Positions 19,081 through 28,785 of a DNA stretch of 30,165 bases are shown in pieces. The stretch lies in NCBI GenBank assembly GCA_046759445.1, contig JBHICG010000041.1, forward strand, positions 1 through 30,165, given 5' to 3'. This stretch comes from Candidatus Scalinduaceae bacterium (GTDB taxonomy: Bacteria; Planctomycetota; Brocadiia; Brocadiales; Scalinduaceae). Below the pieces are notes generated by a model that was not told the DNA's origin, made no database searches, and was given only the letters and a program-made list of their open reading frames with translations. The position numbers and the translations under genes are program-made. Positions within the stretch are counted from its first letter, which is position 1; the number at the start of each line of letters is the position of its first letter.

Positions 19081-20174
19081 TGATTGCCGATCGAATGCGG
19101 GGGTTTGAAGCATCTGGGATAAGGAAAGTTTTCGATCTGGCACAAAAGATTAAAGACCCAATTAATCTTAGTATTGGGCAACCTGATTTTGATATTCCCG
19201 AAGAAGTCAAGAAAGAAGCAATCCAGGCAATAGAAAGGGGGATTAATAGATACACAATAACACAGGGTATTCCAGAACTAAGAGAAAAGATCCTCGAGAA
19301 AGCAAGAAAAGAACAGGGTATTAAGGGTGAAAGCATAATGGTAACGTCAGGGGTTGCAGGCGCCCTGACCCTTGCTTTTCTGGTTCTCATAAACCCCGGA
19401 GATGAGATCCTTGTACCAGACCCATACTTTGTGTCATTTAAGCACCTTATAAAACTATGCGGCGGTAAAATAAAATTTGTTGATACATATCCAGATTTTG
19501 AACTTACCCCCGAACGTATCCTGCCTCACATAACCACACGTACCAAGATTCTTATCATAAACAGCCCATCCAATCCAACAGGTGTAGTTTGTAATCCACA
19601 ACATCTCATTGACATCTGTGATATTGCCAGGAAACATAATTTAATAATCATCTCAGATGAGATATATAGAAGATTTGTATATGATATACACTATCAAAGT
19701 ATTGGAAAATTTCATGAAAACACGTTAACGTGTAACGGATTTTCCAAGTCGTATGCAATGACTGGATGGAGATTAGGTAGTGTAATTGGCCCGGCAAAGA
19801 TTATTAATGAAATGATGAAACTCCAGCAATACACCTATATCTGTGCTCCTTCATTTGCGCAGGTAGCGGGTGTAAAAGCCCTGGATATTGATATCAGTGA
19901 GTATATAAAAGATTATGAGAAGAAACGTGATCTGGTCTATAATGGCCTTAAAGGGCGTTACAGTATAACCAAGCCTGACGGCGCCTTCTATCTCTTTCCT
20001 CAAGCACCCTGGGGCACAGATGAAGAATTTGTTACTGAAGCCATAAAGAGGGATTTGTTAATCATACCCGGTAGTGTATTTTCTGAGAAGAATACTCACT
20101 TCAGGTTGTCATACGCTGCACCACTTGAGACCCTGGTACGTGGGATTGAAATACTAAACTCCATGGTCTCCTAA
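19080..20174 (+). CDS. PLP-dependent aminotransferase class I/II
   Basis: INLSIGQPDF, NSPSNPTG, SDEIY, GFSKSYAMTGWRLG. Confidence 0.94.
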   Translation: MIADRMRGFEASGIRKVFDLAQKIKDPINLSIGQPDFDIPEEVKKEAIQAIERGINRYTITQGIPELREKILEKARKEQGIKGESIMVTSGVAGALTLAFLVLINPGDEILVPDPYFVSFKHLIKLCGGKIKFVDTYPDFELTPERILPHITTRTKILIINSPSNPTGVVCNPQHLIDICDIARKHNLIIISDEIYRRFVYDIHYQSIGKFHENTLTCNGFSKSYAMTGWRLGSVIGPAKIINEMMKLQQYTYICAPSFAQVAGVKALDIDISEYIKDYEKKRDLVYNGLKGRYSITKPDGAFYLFPQAPWGTDEEFVTEAIKRDLLIIPGSVFSEKNTHFRLSYAAPLETLVRGIEILNSMVS

Positions 20175-20788
20175 AAAACTGGTATACTACAATTTTGTAA
20201 AATGTACGTTATAGCGCCTTCAGGCATGAATAATGAACGTTTATAATCTGCTGTTTCAGGCGCCCTGTCACCGGTTTCAGGATTTCGCTTGCCTTTCAAT
20301 GAATCAAACATCCTGTTTAAGACCTCATGGCCCGGCGTTACCACAAGAAATCGATAGGAATACTTGCCCTCTCGTTCATTATTGATTTTATTGAAAAACT
20401 GCCAGATTATAAGAGCAGTGAGCACCCAAGTCTTTCCCGTTCCTGTCGCCATCTTCAGGGCATATTTAGGGAACTGGATTGCTTCAACCTCCTGTTTTAG
20501 AGGGAGATGTTCCAGAAGGGCTTCAGGGGCTACGCGTTCAAATAATTCTTGTAATGTTGTAGCTTGAAGTATCTCATGACAGTAAACTATCGTCTCTATA
20601 GCGTGCCTTTGACAATCATAGAAACATTCTCCAATGTCTTCATCCCTCTTAAACCAGTAATTGAAGAGTTCAAGTGTGGTCTGAGTAACACCATTCCAGC
20701 CCTGATCAGCCCACGCCTTCACCTCACCTTCAAGGGCTTTTGCCAGGTACATCTGGGAAAAGGCTTCTTTATTCTTTTTCATAATCAT
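20171..20788 (-). pseudogene. type III restriction enzyme Res subunit, C-terminally truncated
   Basis: Q..AIETIVY, Walker A KMATGTGKT; only 205 aa, no DExH or nuclease motif before colliding with the aminotransferase end. Confidence 0.8.
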
Positions 20789-20792
20789 ATTC

Positions 20793-20945
20793 TCACGAAC
20801 TTTCCTTGCCTGTTGCTGTCAACAATTTCATCAATTTGTGAGCAATGAAAAGTTTATTTCTTTTCCTGTCTGTCGCTTCATGAAGAATTTCAGTTTCAAC
20901 AAGTCTTAATGCATTTCCCTGTTGGTGAATTTGCAAAATCTTTGT
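20793..20945 (-). pseudogene. fragment resembling the C-terminal HTH of a Fic-family protein
   Basis: Frame reads ...ALRLVETEILHEATDRKRNKLFIAHKLMKLL, like the Fic C-terminal LxxxGILxExTGxxRNRxF; no start or Fic motif. Confidence 0.45.
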
Positions 20946-21119
20946 GTTTCAATATCCATACCTCTATTGCAGGATTCTGCAATTACTATAGCTGTTATTT
21001 CAGGATACGGCATAATGCTGCAATAACACAAATCCTTATTGATGTATTTTGCAATAAGAAATTACTTTATTGATGGATTTACTATTATCAATCTATAAGA
21101 CAATCATTAATAAAAAATC

Positions 21120-22937
21120 TTACCCTTTCATTTCCACTGTTGCTCCTGCATCATTACCAAATATATCTACCACACGAACAGCGATTATGCGATTCTGTTT
21201 CTTTTCTAAAGTTTCTTTTGCCACAACGGGAACTGTTTTAGCTTTCTTACCATTACCTCTAAACGCCTGCCATTGGCTTTTGAAGGTGAAGTCATCGTAA
21301 TCCCAGTCAATAGCCCAGTAATCTATCAGCACGGCAAAGTTGTCTTTGGCAATTTTCATTAAGGCCGTATAGTTCTCCTGTCCCTTCTTTGAGGTCTGGC
21401 TTACGGGAATGTCCATCAAGACGTAGCGTTGTATTGAAAGGCTTATCTCAACTTTTTCTGTTCCTGAAACAAGTTCAGGACAGGCCTTTACCTTTGGAGG
21501 ATTCATCCTCAGATAAGGTCTTTCATAGAATTTTACCTTTTCCGAAAGGGCTTCGATATCTTCTTCTGTCTTTGCTTTTTTGAGATAGTCATATATATCA
21601 GGTGGGATATCCCTGCTTTCGATATGAATTTTAAGCTTGTTTTTCAGTGCACTTAAACGTGATTCAAGGGCTTGATAGTAATTATATTCATAATCCCAAC
21701 CAAGAATAATCAATTGCCTGTATCCTCTGCCATCAAGCTTTTGAGCCTGCAGAGCTAATTCTTCGGCCTTCTTTGCCGTAATGGGACGGTCAGGATAACC
21801 CACATATACGAGTTTTTCTTTCCCATCTTCTGCTTTCCTAATACCAAGACCGCTTGTCCTGTCTCTGGGAGTTGCCCCATACAACTTCAGAATAAGATGC
21901 TGCATCTCCCAGATGCGTCCACCGGTAAGATAAATCATCTCACGTTGATAATTGCCGATGTTTTCTATAAGGAATGGCTTGGCTCCCATCTCTACAAGAC
22001 GCGCTCGTGTAACCTGAATACCAACCTTACCCAGTTCATAACCGATCCAGCGTCTGCCGAGTCTCTCGGCAACAGCAAGGGTTGTTCCGGAACCACTGAA
22101 TATGTCGATGACAAAATCACCCTTGTTTGAAGAAGCCTCTATTATCAGTTCTAATAATTCTTCTTTTTTTTCAGTATCATATCCTGTTTTGAAAGAATAA
22201 GCTATTATATCATCCCATATAGTATCTCTTAAATCCTCAACACTTGCTGGAATTAGATATTCAGGTTTTCCAGTTCGTGGATTTGGCCTTAAAACCCCTT
22301 GTTCTATTGCCTCATTTGCCTTTTCTTTAGTCCATCTCCAATGATTATCTACTGAAGGTTTAAATCCAAATAATTCATAATCCATTCCACGCCTGTATCC
22401 TGCAGCTTCAAATGAATGCCATCTTTCTTGTCGTTTAATTTTCTTCGTCGGCGGGATTATTAAATGTTTTTCACTTTTAGCATAAAAAAAAACAACATCG
22501 TGACCAAAATTTAAAGATTTAACCCTCGCTCTTTCTCTAACATTTTTCCTAATTCTACGGACAATTATCTCATTTCTGAAGTTATCTTTCCCAAAAACTT
22601 CATCAGCAATATTTTTTACATAATGACTTACATACCAGCCTATATGCATGTAAATAGCTCCATCTTCCGCCAACAATCTCTTCATCAACTGCAACCTTGG
22701 ATAAAGCATATCAAGATAGGAATCGGTCCCTCCAGCCCATGTATCCTTATAAGCAAGGCGTTCAATAACCGAAGGCTCTTTGGTAAATTCATTTCCCTCA
22801 ATAGTCATTTTGTGTGAATAGTCGGCCTTGCTGTCAAATGGCGGGTCGATGTAGATAAGATTAATCTTCCCTTCGTAACCCTGTGCAAGCAGCGCCTGCA
22901 TGGCAAGGAGGTTATCACCCCAGATGAGGCGATTCAT
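21120..22937 (-). CDS. type III R-M DNA adenine methyltransferase (Mod-like), probably N-terminally clipped
   Basis: NRLIWGDNL, YIDPPF (motif IV), DIFSGSGTT (motif I), C-terminal VRVVDIFGND; frame stays open upstream to ~23057. Confidence 0.9.
   Translation of the reverse strand: MNRLIWGDNLLAMQALLAQGYEGKINLIYIDPPFDSKADYSHKMTIEGNEFTKEPSVIERLAYKDTWAGGTDSYLDMLYPRLQLMKRLLAEDGAIYMHIGWYVSHYVKNIADEVFGKDNFRNEIIVRRIRKNVRERARVKSLNFGHDVVFFYAKSEKHLIIPPTKKIKRQERWHSFEAAGYRRGMDYELFGFKPSVDNHWRWTKEKANEAIEQGVLRPNPRTGKPEYLIPASVEDLRDTIWDDIIAYSFKTGYDTEKKEELLELIIEASSNKGDFVIDIFSGSGTTLAVAERLGRRWIGYELGKVGIQVTRARLVEMGAKPFLIENIGNYQREMIYLTGGRIWEMQHLILKLYGATPRDRTSGLGIRKAEDGKEKLVYVGYPDRPITAKKAEELALQAQKLDGRGYRQLIILGWDYEYNYYQALESRLSALKNKLKIHIESRDIPPDIYDYLKKAKTEEDIEALSEKVKFYERPYLRMNPPKVKACPELVSGTEKVEISLSIQRYVLMDIPVSQTSKKGQENYTALMKIAKDNFAVLIDYWAIDWDYDDFTFKSQWQAFRGNGKKAKTVPVVAKETLEKKQNRIIAVRVVDIFGNDAGATVEMKG
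21462..21485 (-). repeat. 24-nt palindromic insertion in frame within Mod (ACPELVSG)
   Basis: TCCTGAA-ACAAG-TTCAGGA perfect inverted repeat plus CAGGC. Confidence 0.55.
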
Positions 22938-23023
22938 CTTTTGCTTGTCAATCTCCTCTTCACCAAACAGTCCATCTCTGAAGGAAAGAGGAAGCTGTGC
23001 TTCCTCACGGTGGGGGTTTGGTA

Positions 23024-23497
23024 TTACGACTTCCGCTGTCTGAAATTCAATATTTTTTCACTGTGTCCGGCGGGTTTTACCTTTTCATAAATCTTCTCAA
23101 TCCTACCGTCTTTACCAATGATAAAGGTCGTTCGCGCAATTCCCATGTATTCTTTGCCATACATCTTCTTCTTTACCCATACCCCATAGTCCTTACAGGT
23201 TTTTTTACGTTCATCGCTGAGGAGGATGAACGGTAGATTGAATTTATCTATAAATTTATTATGAGATACCAATCCATCAGGGCTTACGCCTAGTACCACC
23301 GCACTCTTTTTCTCTATGGCCTTTATATTATCCCGAAAATCGCATGCCTCAGTAGTACAACCCGGCGTGTTATCTCTGGGATAAAAATAAAGGATAACCC
23401 GCTTTTTACCCTTGAAATCTTTAAGCGCTATATTTTTACCGTTATTTGCAGGTAAGTTAAATTCCGGCGTCTTAATTCCTTCCTTTAAATCCGCCAT
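23024..23497 (-). CDS. bcp: thioredoxin-dependent peroxiredoxin Bcp
   Basis: YFYPRDNTPGCTTEAC, GVSPD, RTTFII. Confidence 0.95.
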   Translation of the reverse strand: MADLKEGIKTPEFNLPANNGKNIALKDFKGKKRVILYFYPRDNTPGCTTEACDFRDNIKAIEKKSAVVLGVSPDGLVSHNKFIDKFNLPFILLSDERKKTCKDYGVWVKKKMYGKEYMGIARTTFIIGKDGRIEKIYEKVKPAGHSEKILNFRQRKS

Positions 23498-24054
23498 CTT
23501 TCCTTCCTTTTATTATTTCTCTAAATGTGCTCCGCTGTAAATCATATGTTTAGCAAGGATAATAAATCTTTGGTCATAGGTTGTCAATGTGCATTTTGGT
23601 GGCTTTATCCCTGATAGTCTTTACTTTACAATAAAACTCCCTCACTTTAAGAGCCTGTTACCTCTGTCCATAACCCCTTTGAACATTTATATCATTTCAG
23701 CTTTTTTTATAGCTTTATGGTTATGGACGAAGAAACTGAATTAAATTAACTTAAATATTTTACCAATTTATGATTTTAATAAATCCAACCATATTTACTA
23801 TTTCTATACCATATTATTAATATATCTATCAAAATTTTCATTGTAATTAAAACTATTATAGAGTATACAAACATAAATTATTTAAAAAATTTGCCAGTTC
23901 AGATATCGACCGATACATTGTTGCCAATAGGTTAGGTTTGATTATAATCCAACCTGTAGACGCCCACGGGTATGCCCGTGTAACTCTGCTATAGTCTAGA
24001 CAAACTCCGCTCAGCTCGACCGTCAGACACTCGATTATTAAGGAGGGTTTTATT

Positions 24055-24894
24055 ATGACTAAGGCATTTTCAGTTGCGTCCTGGAACGTTGAACACTTTG
24101 GAGCAACTGACAAGAATAAGTTTCCCAAGAAACCAGTTGAACAACAAATTGAGTTTCTTGCCAAACAGAAAGCAGACGTTATAGCTATTTTTGAGGTTCG
24201 CAGCTCAATAGTTTTTCGCCCATTGGTGGAAGCCATGCCCAATTATCAATTCCACATTACAGAAGGCCCTCAAACGCAAGAAATTCTCGTTGGCATCAGA
24301 AATGGCTTTTCTGGCTTTGTCACTCAGAAACTTGAGTTTAAATCAAAACAGCCAGGTCTCAGACCTGGTGTATTAGTAACACTGCGAGTCGATCAAGAGT
24401 ACTATCCAATTATATTTCTACATCTAAAGAGCATGACCGATCCTAAAGGTTTTGGATTGCGCGATGAAATGCTAAAGATTGCACTTCGTTTTCGTAGAAG
24501 GCTGGACGAGGCCGCTGGAGGTACGGGAAAGGCCAACTACCTGTTTATCGGAGATTTAAATACGATGGGAATGGACTATCCTTACACGCAACATGATATT
24601 TCGGCAGATGCGGAAATTAACGAACTTAAGCGTCGAGCTCGGCATCATAGTAAGATGATGCGAGTATTAGACAAAACTGAGCCATACACATGGTGGGGCG
24701 GCTCTGGCTCAAAACATGGCCCAAGCAGTCTCGACCATGTTGTTGTCGCCGATCATCTGGAATTTAAAAATTTCGGGGGTGCTCAGATCGATGTTCGAGG
24801 GTGGCCGCAAGAAACCACAGATGCTGACAAAGATGCATGGACAGAGCGATATTCAGATCATGCATTGTTGTACTTTGAAGTGCAGAAAGTCTAA
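24055..24894 (+). CDS. endonuclease/exonuclease/phosphatase (EEP) family protein
   Basis: SWNVEHF, FEV, HLKS, GDLN, LDH, SDH motifs; RBS AAGGAGG. Confidence 0.92.
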   Translation: MTKAFSVASWNVEHFGATDKNKFPKKPVEQQIEFLAKQKADVIAIFEVRSSIVFRPLVEAMPNYQFHITEGPQTQEILVGIRNGFSGFVTQKLEFKSKQPGLRPGVLVTLRVDQEYYPIIFLHLKSMTDPKGFGLRDEMLKIALRFRRRLDEAAGGTGKANYLFIGDLNTMGMDYPYTQHDISADAEINELKRRARHHSKMMRVLDKTEPYTWWGGSGSKHGPSSLDHVVVADHLEFKNFGGAQIDVRGWPQETTDADKDAWTERYSDHALLYFEVQKV

Positions 24895-25003
24895 CTGTAC
24901 ACATGCGCCTCATACCTGCAAAATCATGGAACATAAGGTCACACCCTGATTTGTGAATTTTATTCTAATACATTTTGTTATCCATTGATAAATAAGTAAA
25001 CTC

Positions 25004-25079
25004 GCATCCCACACAAGTGAAGCATTTAGTGGGATGCTCGACTCCGCGGCAAGTTATCCCCCGCCATAAAGGACGGGGC
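25004..25079. repeat. twin GC-rich hairpins, IS200/IS605-end or REP-like relic
   Basis: GCATCCCAC...GTGGGATGC (25004-25037) and CCCCGCCATAAAGGACGGGG in AT-rich context. Confidence 0.45.
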
Positions 25080-25095
25080 TATAAATTAGTAAAAG

Positions 25096-25457
25096 ATGAT
25101 TTCATACGAAGTATTGTCTGATCAAAGAATTGTAATTATCGAGCCGTCTGGGCCACTTCAGCAAAAGGATTTTGAAAACCTTACAGAGGATATAGATGAA
25201 TTAATTGAAAGGAAAGGAAATCTAAAGGGATAATAATACATGCAAAATCGTTTCCTGGATGGGAGAACACCAAAGCCTTTATACATCATATGAGATTTAT
25301 TAAAGATCATCACAAGCAAATTGCCCGGGTTGCAGCCGTTGTTGACGGCAAACTGTTAAATATTGTGCCTGAGATAGTGAATCATTTTGTTTCAGCTGAA
25401 GTAAAACATTTTGATTATGAAGATATTGAAGTGGCTAAAAAATGGATTTTAGAATAG
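25096..25457 (+). pseudogene. STAS/SEC14 (SpoIIAA-like) protein, frameshifted
   Basis: MISYEV...PSGPL..KDFE...GNLKG then 1-nt deletion near 25230, continuing IIIHAKSFPGWE...H.RFIKDHHKQIARVA.V...HFVSAEVKHF...AKKWILE. Confidence 0.85.
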
Positions 25458-25677
25458 GAATGAGTGTACATCTTGCTTTGTGAATCTTTTTTTTAGCAGC
25501 CTATTATCTATTGACAAATATATAGAAAAAAATCTTGTCTCAAACCTATTAACAATTTACCTATCAGACATTTTTCAAAGAATATTTATGATAATATTTC
25601 TTTTTTCTAAAAGATTCTGATGCATTACAACCACATTATCAATGCTAATCTCAGAATTGTTTTATTATGGAATCTTA

Positions 25678-26127
25678 ATGAGAACTGTAGTTCAAAGGGT
25701 TAAAGGTGCTAACGTAACGGTAAATTCAAGACAAGTGAGCAAGGTGGGTAAAGGTATCGTTGTCTTTGTGGGGATAGATAAAGAAGATACACACAAAGAC
25801 GCAGATTATGTAGCATCAAAGATAACGGGGTTAAGAATCTTTGAAGACAAAGCTGGAAAAATGAACCTTTCACTTAAGGACATTGATGGACAGGCATTGA
25901 TAGTCTCACAGTTTACGCTTCTTGGTGATTGCCGTAAAGGTAAAAGGCCATCATTTGATAGCGCTGCAGATGCAGAAAAAGCGAATGTTTTGTATGAATA
26001 CTTAATTGAAAAGTGTAAGCAAAATAACCTTGTTATTGGCAAAGGAGTCTTTAGAGAAAATATGTTAGTTGAACTGGTAAATGATGGACCTGTAACAATT
26101 TTGCTGGACAGTAAGAAAGTATTTTAG
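25678..26127 (+). CDS. dtd: D-aminoacyl-tRNA deacylase
   Basis: MRTVVQRV, LRIFED, VSQFTL, NDGPVT. Confidence 0.95.
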   Translation: MRTVVQRVKGANVTVNSRQVSKVGKGIVVFVGIDKEDTHKDADYVASKITGLRIFEDKAGKMNLSLKDIDGQALIVSQFTLLGDCRKGKRPSFDSAADAEKANVLYEYLIEKCKQNNLVIGKGVFRENMLVELVNDGPVTILLDSKKVF

Positions 26128-26187
26128 ATAATGATCTTTGAAAAACAATGAATTTTCCTAATTATAAAAAACTGGTGGTGAAATAAA

Positions 26188-26799
26188 ATGGGAATGGAAA
26201 CAGTTAATACAATCGGTGTTTTGCTAGGCAGTTCGTGGGCATCTGGCGTTAACCTTTATATGAGCATGGCTGGTTTAGGTATTGCCCATAGGATGGGATT
26301 AGTCTCTCTACCCGGAGATATGGAGGTTCTTTCACATCCTTTAATTATCGGTGTGGCTATTTTTCTTTATGCAATTGAATTTGTCGCAGATAAGGTTCCT
26401 TATGTAGATTCCGCCTGGGATTCTGTCCATACCTTTATTCGTCCTATTGCTGGCTCTGCATTGGAATATATGGCTATGGCCGATGCAGGACAAATAATGC
26501 AAATTCCTGTAGCGCTTTTGACGGGTAGTATTGCTCTGGATTCTCACCTTACAAAAGCGACAACACGGTTAGCAATAAATTCTTCACCGGAACCAGTGAG
26601 TAATTCCGTTGCAAGTGTCACAGAAGACGCAACCGTAATAGGGATGCTGTATTTAATTATAAGCCATCCTATTGTAGCTACTGTTTTGGTAATAGTTTTT
26701 ATTATATTCTCCGTGTGGTTTCTCAAGAAGATGTTTAAATTCATAAAAAAAGTATTCAGTTTTTCAGGCAGAAGAAAATTTGAAGAAGCAAACCCTTAA
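26188..26799 (+). CDS. DUF4126 family membrane protein
   Basis: WASGVNLY, EFVADKVPYVDSAWD.VHTFIRP, SPEP.SN. Confidence 0.88.
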   Translation: MGMETVNTIGVLLGSSWASGVNLYMSMAGLGIAHRMGLVSLPGDMEVLSHPLIIGVAIFLYAIEFVADKVPYVDSAWDSVHTFIRPIAGSALEYMAMADAGQIMQIPVALLTGSIALDSHLTKATTRLAINSSPEPVSNSVASVTEDATVIGMLYLIISHPIVATVLVIVFIIFSVWFLKKMFKFIKKVFSFSGRRKFEEANP

Positions 26800-26967
26800 A
26801 CTGATGATATTATCTAACCACTTGCTGAAATCAATTGCACAAGTACACTACTTCTATGGATATGGAGTTTGGGGGAGGTCTAATTGCATTCTCAGACATC
26901 CCGTTATTATTGACAAATAATCAAAAAAGATTTCTCGCCTCGATCCTACTAGCAATTTTACTGTAGG

Positions 26968-27996
26968 CTAAATCCTTCCTATTATTACCTCCCCCTCTTC
27001 ATCAAGATTACCATCTATGTGTATTTTCGTATTGGAAAATAAGCTTATGACCTCAGCATTTGTCAAAAGATGCTGTGTAATCTTTGGTGTGGTAAATCTG
27101 GATGTATCTGTTGTCAGGGAGAGTGGCAGAATAATCTGATCTGCTAAATGTTCGTCTATTGTTCCTTTTGTTTCCAAAAAATATTCTAATCCTTCACATG
27201 CTTCATCAGCTACCTTTTCTGCCCTTTTGCCAATTGCGCCCAGACTGAAGTAACAACATTGAGTCTTCTCATATTCACACATAAGCAATAACATCGTACC
27301 TTTAGCAAATGCAGGCATGGTAATAACTTTAATTTCTGGACTGATGTTTGCTTCAGACATACGTTTCATTGCCTGCTCCTTTTGCCTCTCGGCGATATCC
27401 AAATCAAGGTTTCCGACAGCAGAAATGCCTCTTGCCCTCAACAATCTTCCTCTTTCCATCAATACCAGTGGATAAACCTCTTTGACGTGCTTTATGGATA
27501 TTTTTATCTCTCCACCACCCTTTGGGTAAAAACCCGCGCGAACCATCTCAAGTCTTGAATCAAAACCAATTTTTTTAAGATAGAAAAGCCATTGCTCTTT
27601 AAGATAATGGTAACATGGACTGAATGGCACGTGTGTACCGCCTCTGATTGTTACGGAAGAAGTCCCCTTGGCAAGAGACAAGGGCAAAAAGATTGTTTGC
27701 AGTACCAGAGCAACAGACCCCGCCGTGCCTATTTCAATACAATAGTCTCCAGACATAATCTCTCCTGGATAAAATTTAAGGGACAATGACCCTACTCTGT
27801 CCCCACTTATCTCGGCATCACATATCTGAGACATTGCCTGGACACATTGCAAATGCTGGTATCCGAGTCCTGGTTTTTTTCTGCCTACCCTGATATTAAA
27901 CATCTCAAAAGGTTTCTTTTCTATCGCCGAAAGGGTTAAGGCAGTCCTTAATATCTGCCCCCCACCCTCACCAAATGAACCGTCTATTCTAATCAT
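26968..27996 (-). CDS. rtcA: RNA 3'-terminal phosphate cyclase
   Basis: [34 protein letters not shown]. Confidence 0.95.
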   Translation of the reverse strand: MIRIDGSFGEGGGQILRTALTLSAIEKKPFEMFNIRVGRKKPGLGYQHLQCVQAMSQICDAEISGDRVGSLSLKFYPGEIMSGDYCIEIGTAGSVALVLQTIFLPLSLAKGTSSVTIRGGTHVPFSPCYHYLKEQWLFYLKKIGFDSRLEMVRAGFYPKGGGEIKISIKHVKEVYPLVLMERGRLLRARGISAVGNLDLDIAERQKEQAMKRMSEANISPEIKVITMPAFAKGTMLLLMCEYEKTQCCYFSLGAIGKRAEKVADEACEGLEYFLETKGTIDEHLADQIILPLSLTTDTSRFTTPKITQHLLTNAEVISLFSNTKIHIDGNLDEEGEVIIGRI

Positions 27997-28246
27997 AGTG
28001 TCAGGTTAAACTCTTTTTTCAATCACACCTTTGTTAAAAGTGGACTATGGGAAATTTATGAAACTTTAGTTGTATTATAAACTAAAAACGTTTACTAGAA
28101 AGGATGAGTATAGAAATGCTGTAAATGATTAGTTTAATTAAGGGCGTCTTTTTTGTGATTAAAAGATATGGATGGACTTCAAATAAAGAAAATTTCTCGT
28201 GTATGAATTATTAGATTAATTAAGTTATAGAAAATTTATTTTGGAT

Positions 28247-28663
28247 TTACTTTTTTGCCGTTTTCTTTTTAGCTGCTGGCTTTTTAGCTGTTGGTTTCTT
28301 AGCTACTGTTTTTTTAGCTGACGCTTTCTTTGTTGTCGCTGCCTTTTTGCCATTCTTTGTTAAGAATGCTTGTATGTCTTTCTTTATAGTTCCAATTAAC
28401 CTTGTCTCGCAACCTTCTATATCCTCATGCATTCTACCGTACATTTCCTGCCCTGAGTCTGCTACCCGTTTTTTTAAACTCGCTATCTCAATGCGAAGGT
28501 CAGTATAATTCGATTCAATTTTCTTTAATCCACTAATATCACTCTGAATTTCATTATACCTGGCTTCAAGATCATCCCTTATCTCTTGAAACTGTTTCGA
28601 AATTATCTCATTAATCTTATCAACTACAATACTCTGAAAATACTGTTCCAATACCGCACTCAT
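28247..28663 (-). CDS. coiled-coil hypothetical protein with Lys/Ala-rich histone H1-like tail
   Basis: Heptad-like N-terminal region; tail KKAATTKKASAKKTVAKKPTAKKPAAKKKTAKK; RBS GAGAGG. Confidence 0.8.
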   Translation of the reverse strand: MSAVLEQYFQSIVVDKINEIISKQFQEIRDDLEARYNEIQSDISGLKKIESNYTDLRIEIASLKKRVADSGQEMYGRMHEDIEGCETRLIGTIKKDIQAFLTKNGKKAATTKKASAKKTVAKKPTAKKPAAKKKTAKK

Positions 28664-28785
28664 TTTAACACCTCTCTTTCATAAAATGGTTGAAGTGTAG
28701 AAAAAATATATGCATACAATATCTAGCTTTAACAATTTTATGGGGTATATATATAGTATTTTTAAATGTTTTTCAAGTATTTTTT

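Noticed and set aside
22484..22492. A9 homopolymer in mod as a phase-variation tract
   Set aside because: A/T runs of 8-9 nt are common throughout this AT-rich window; the frame is intact.
26968..27996. rtcA as part of an RNA-repair or defence module
   Set aside because: No rtcB, rtcR or TROVE neighbours in the window; a standalone rtcA is ordinary.
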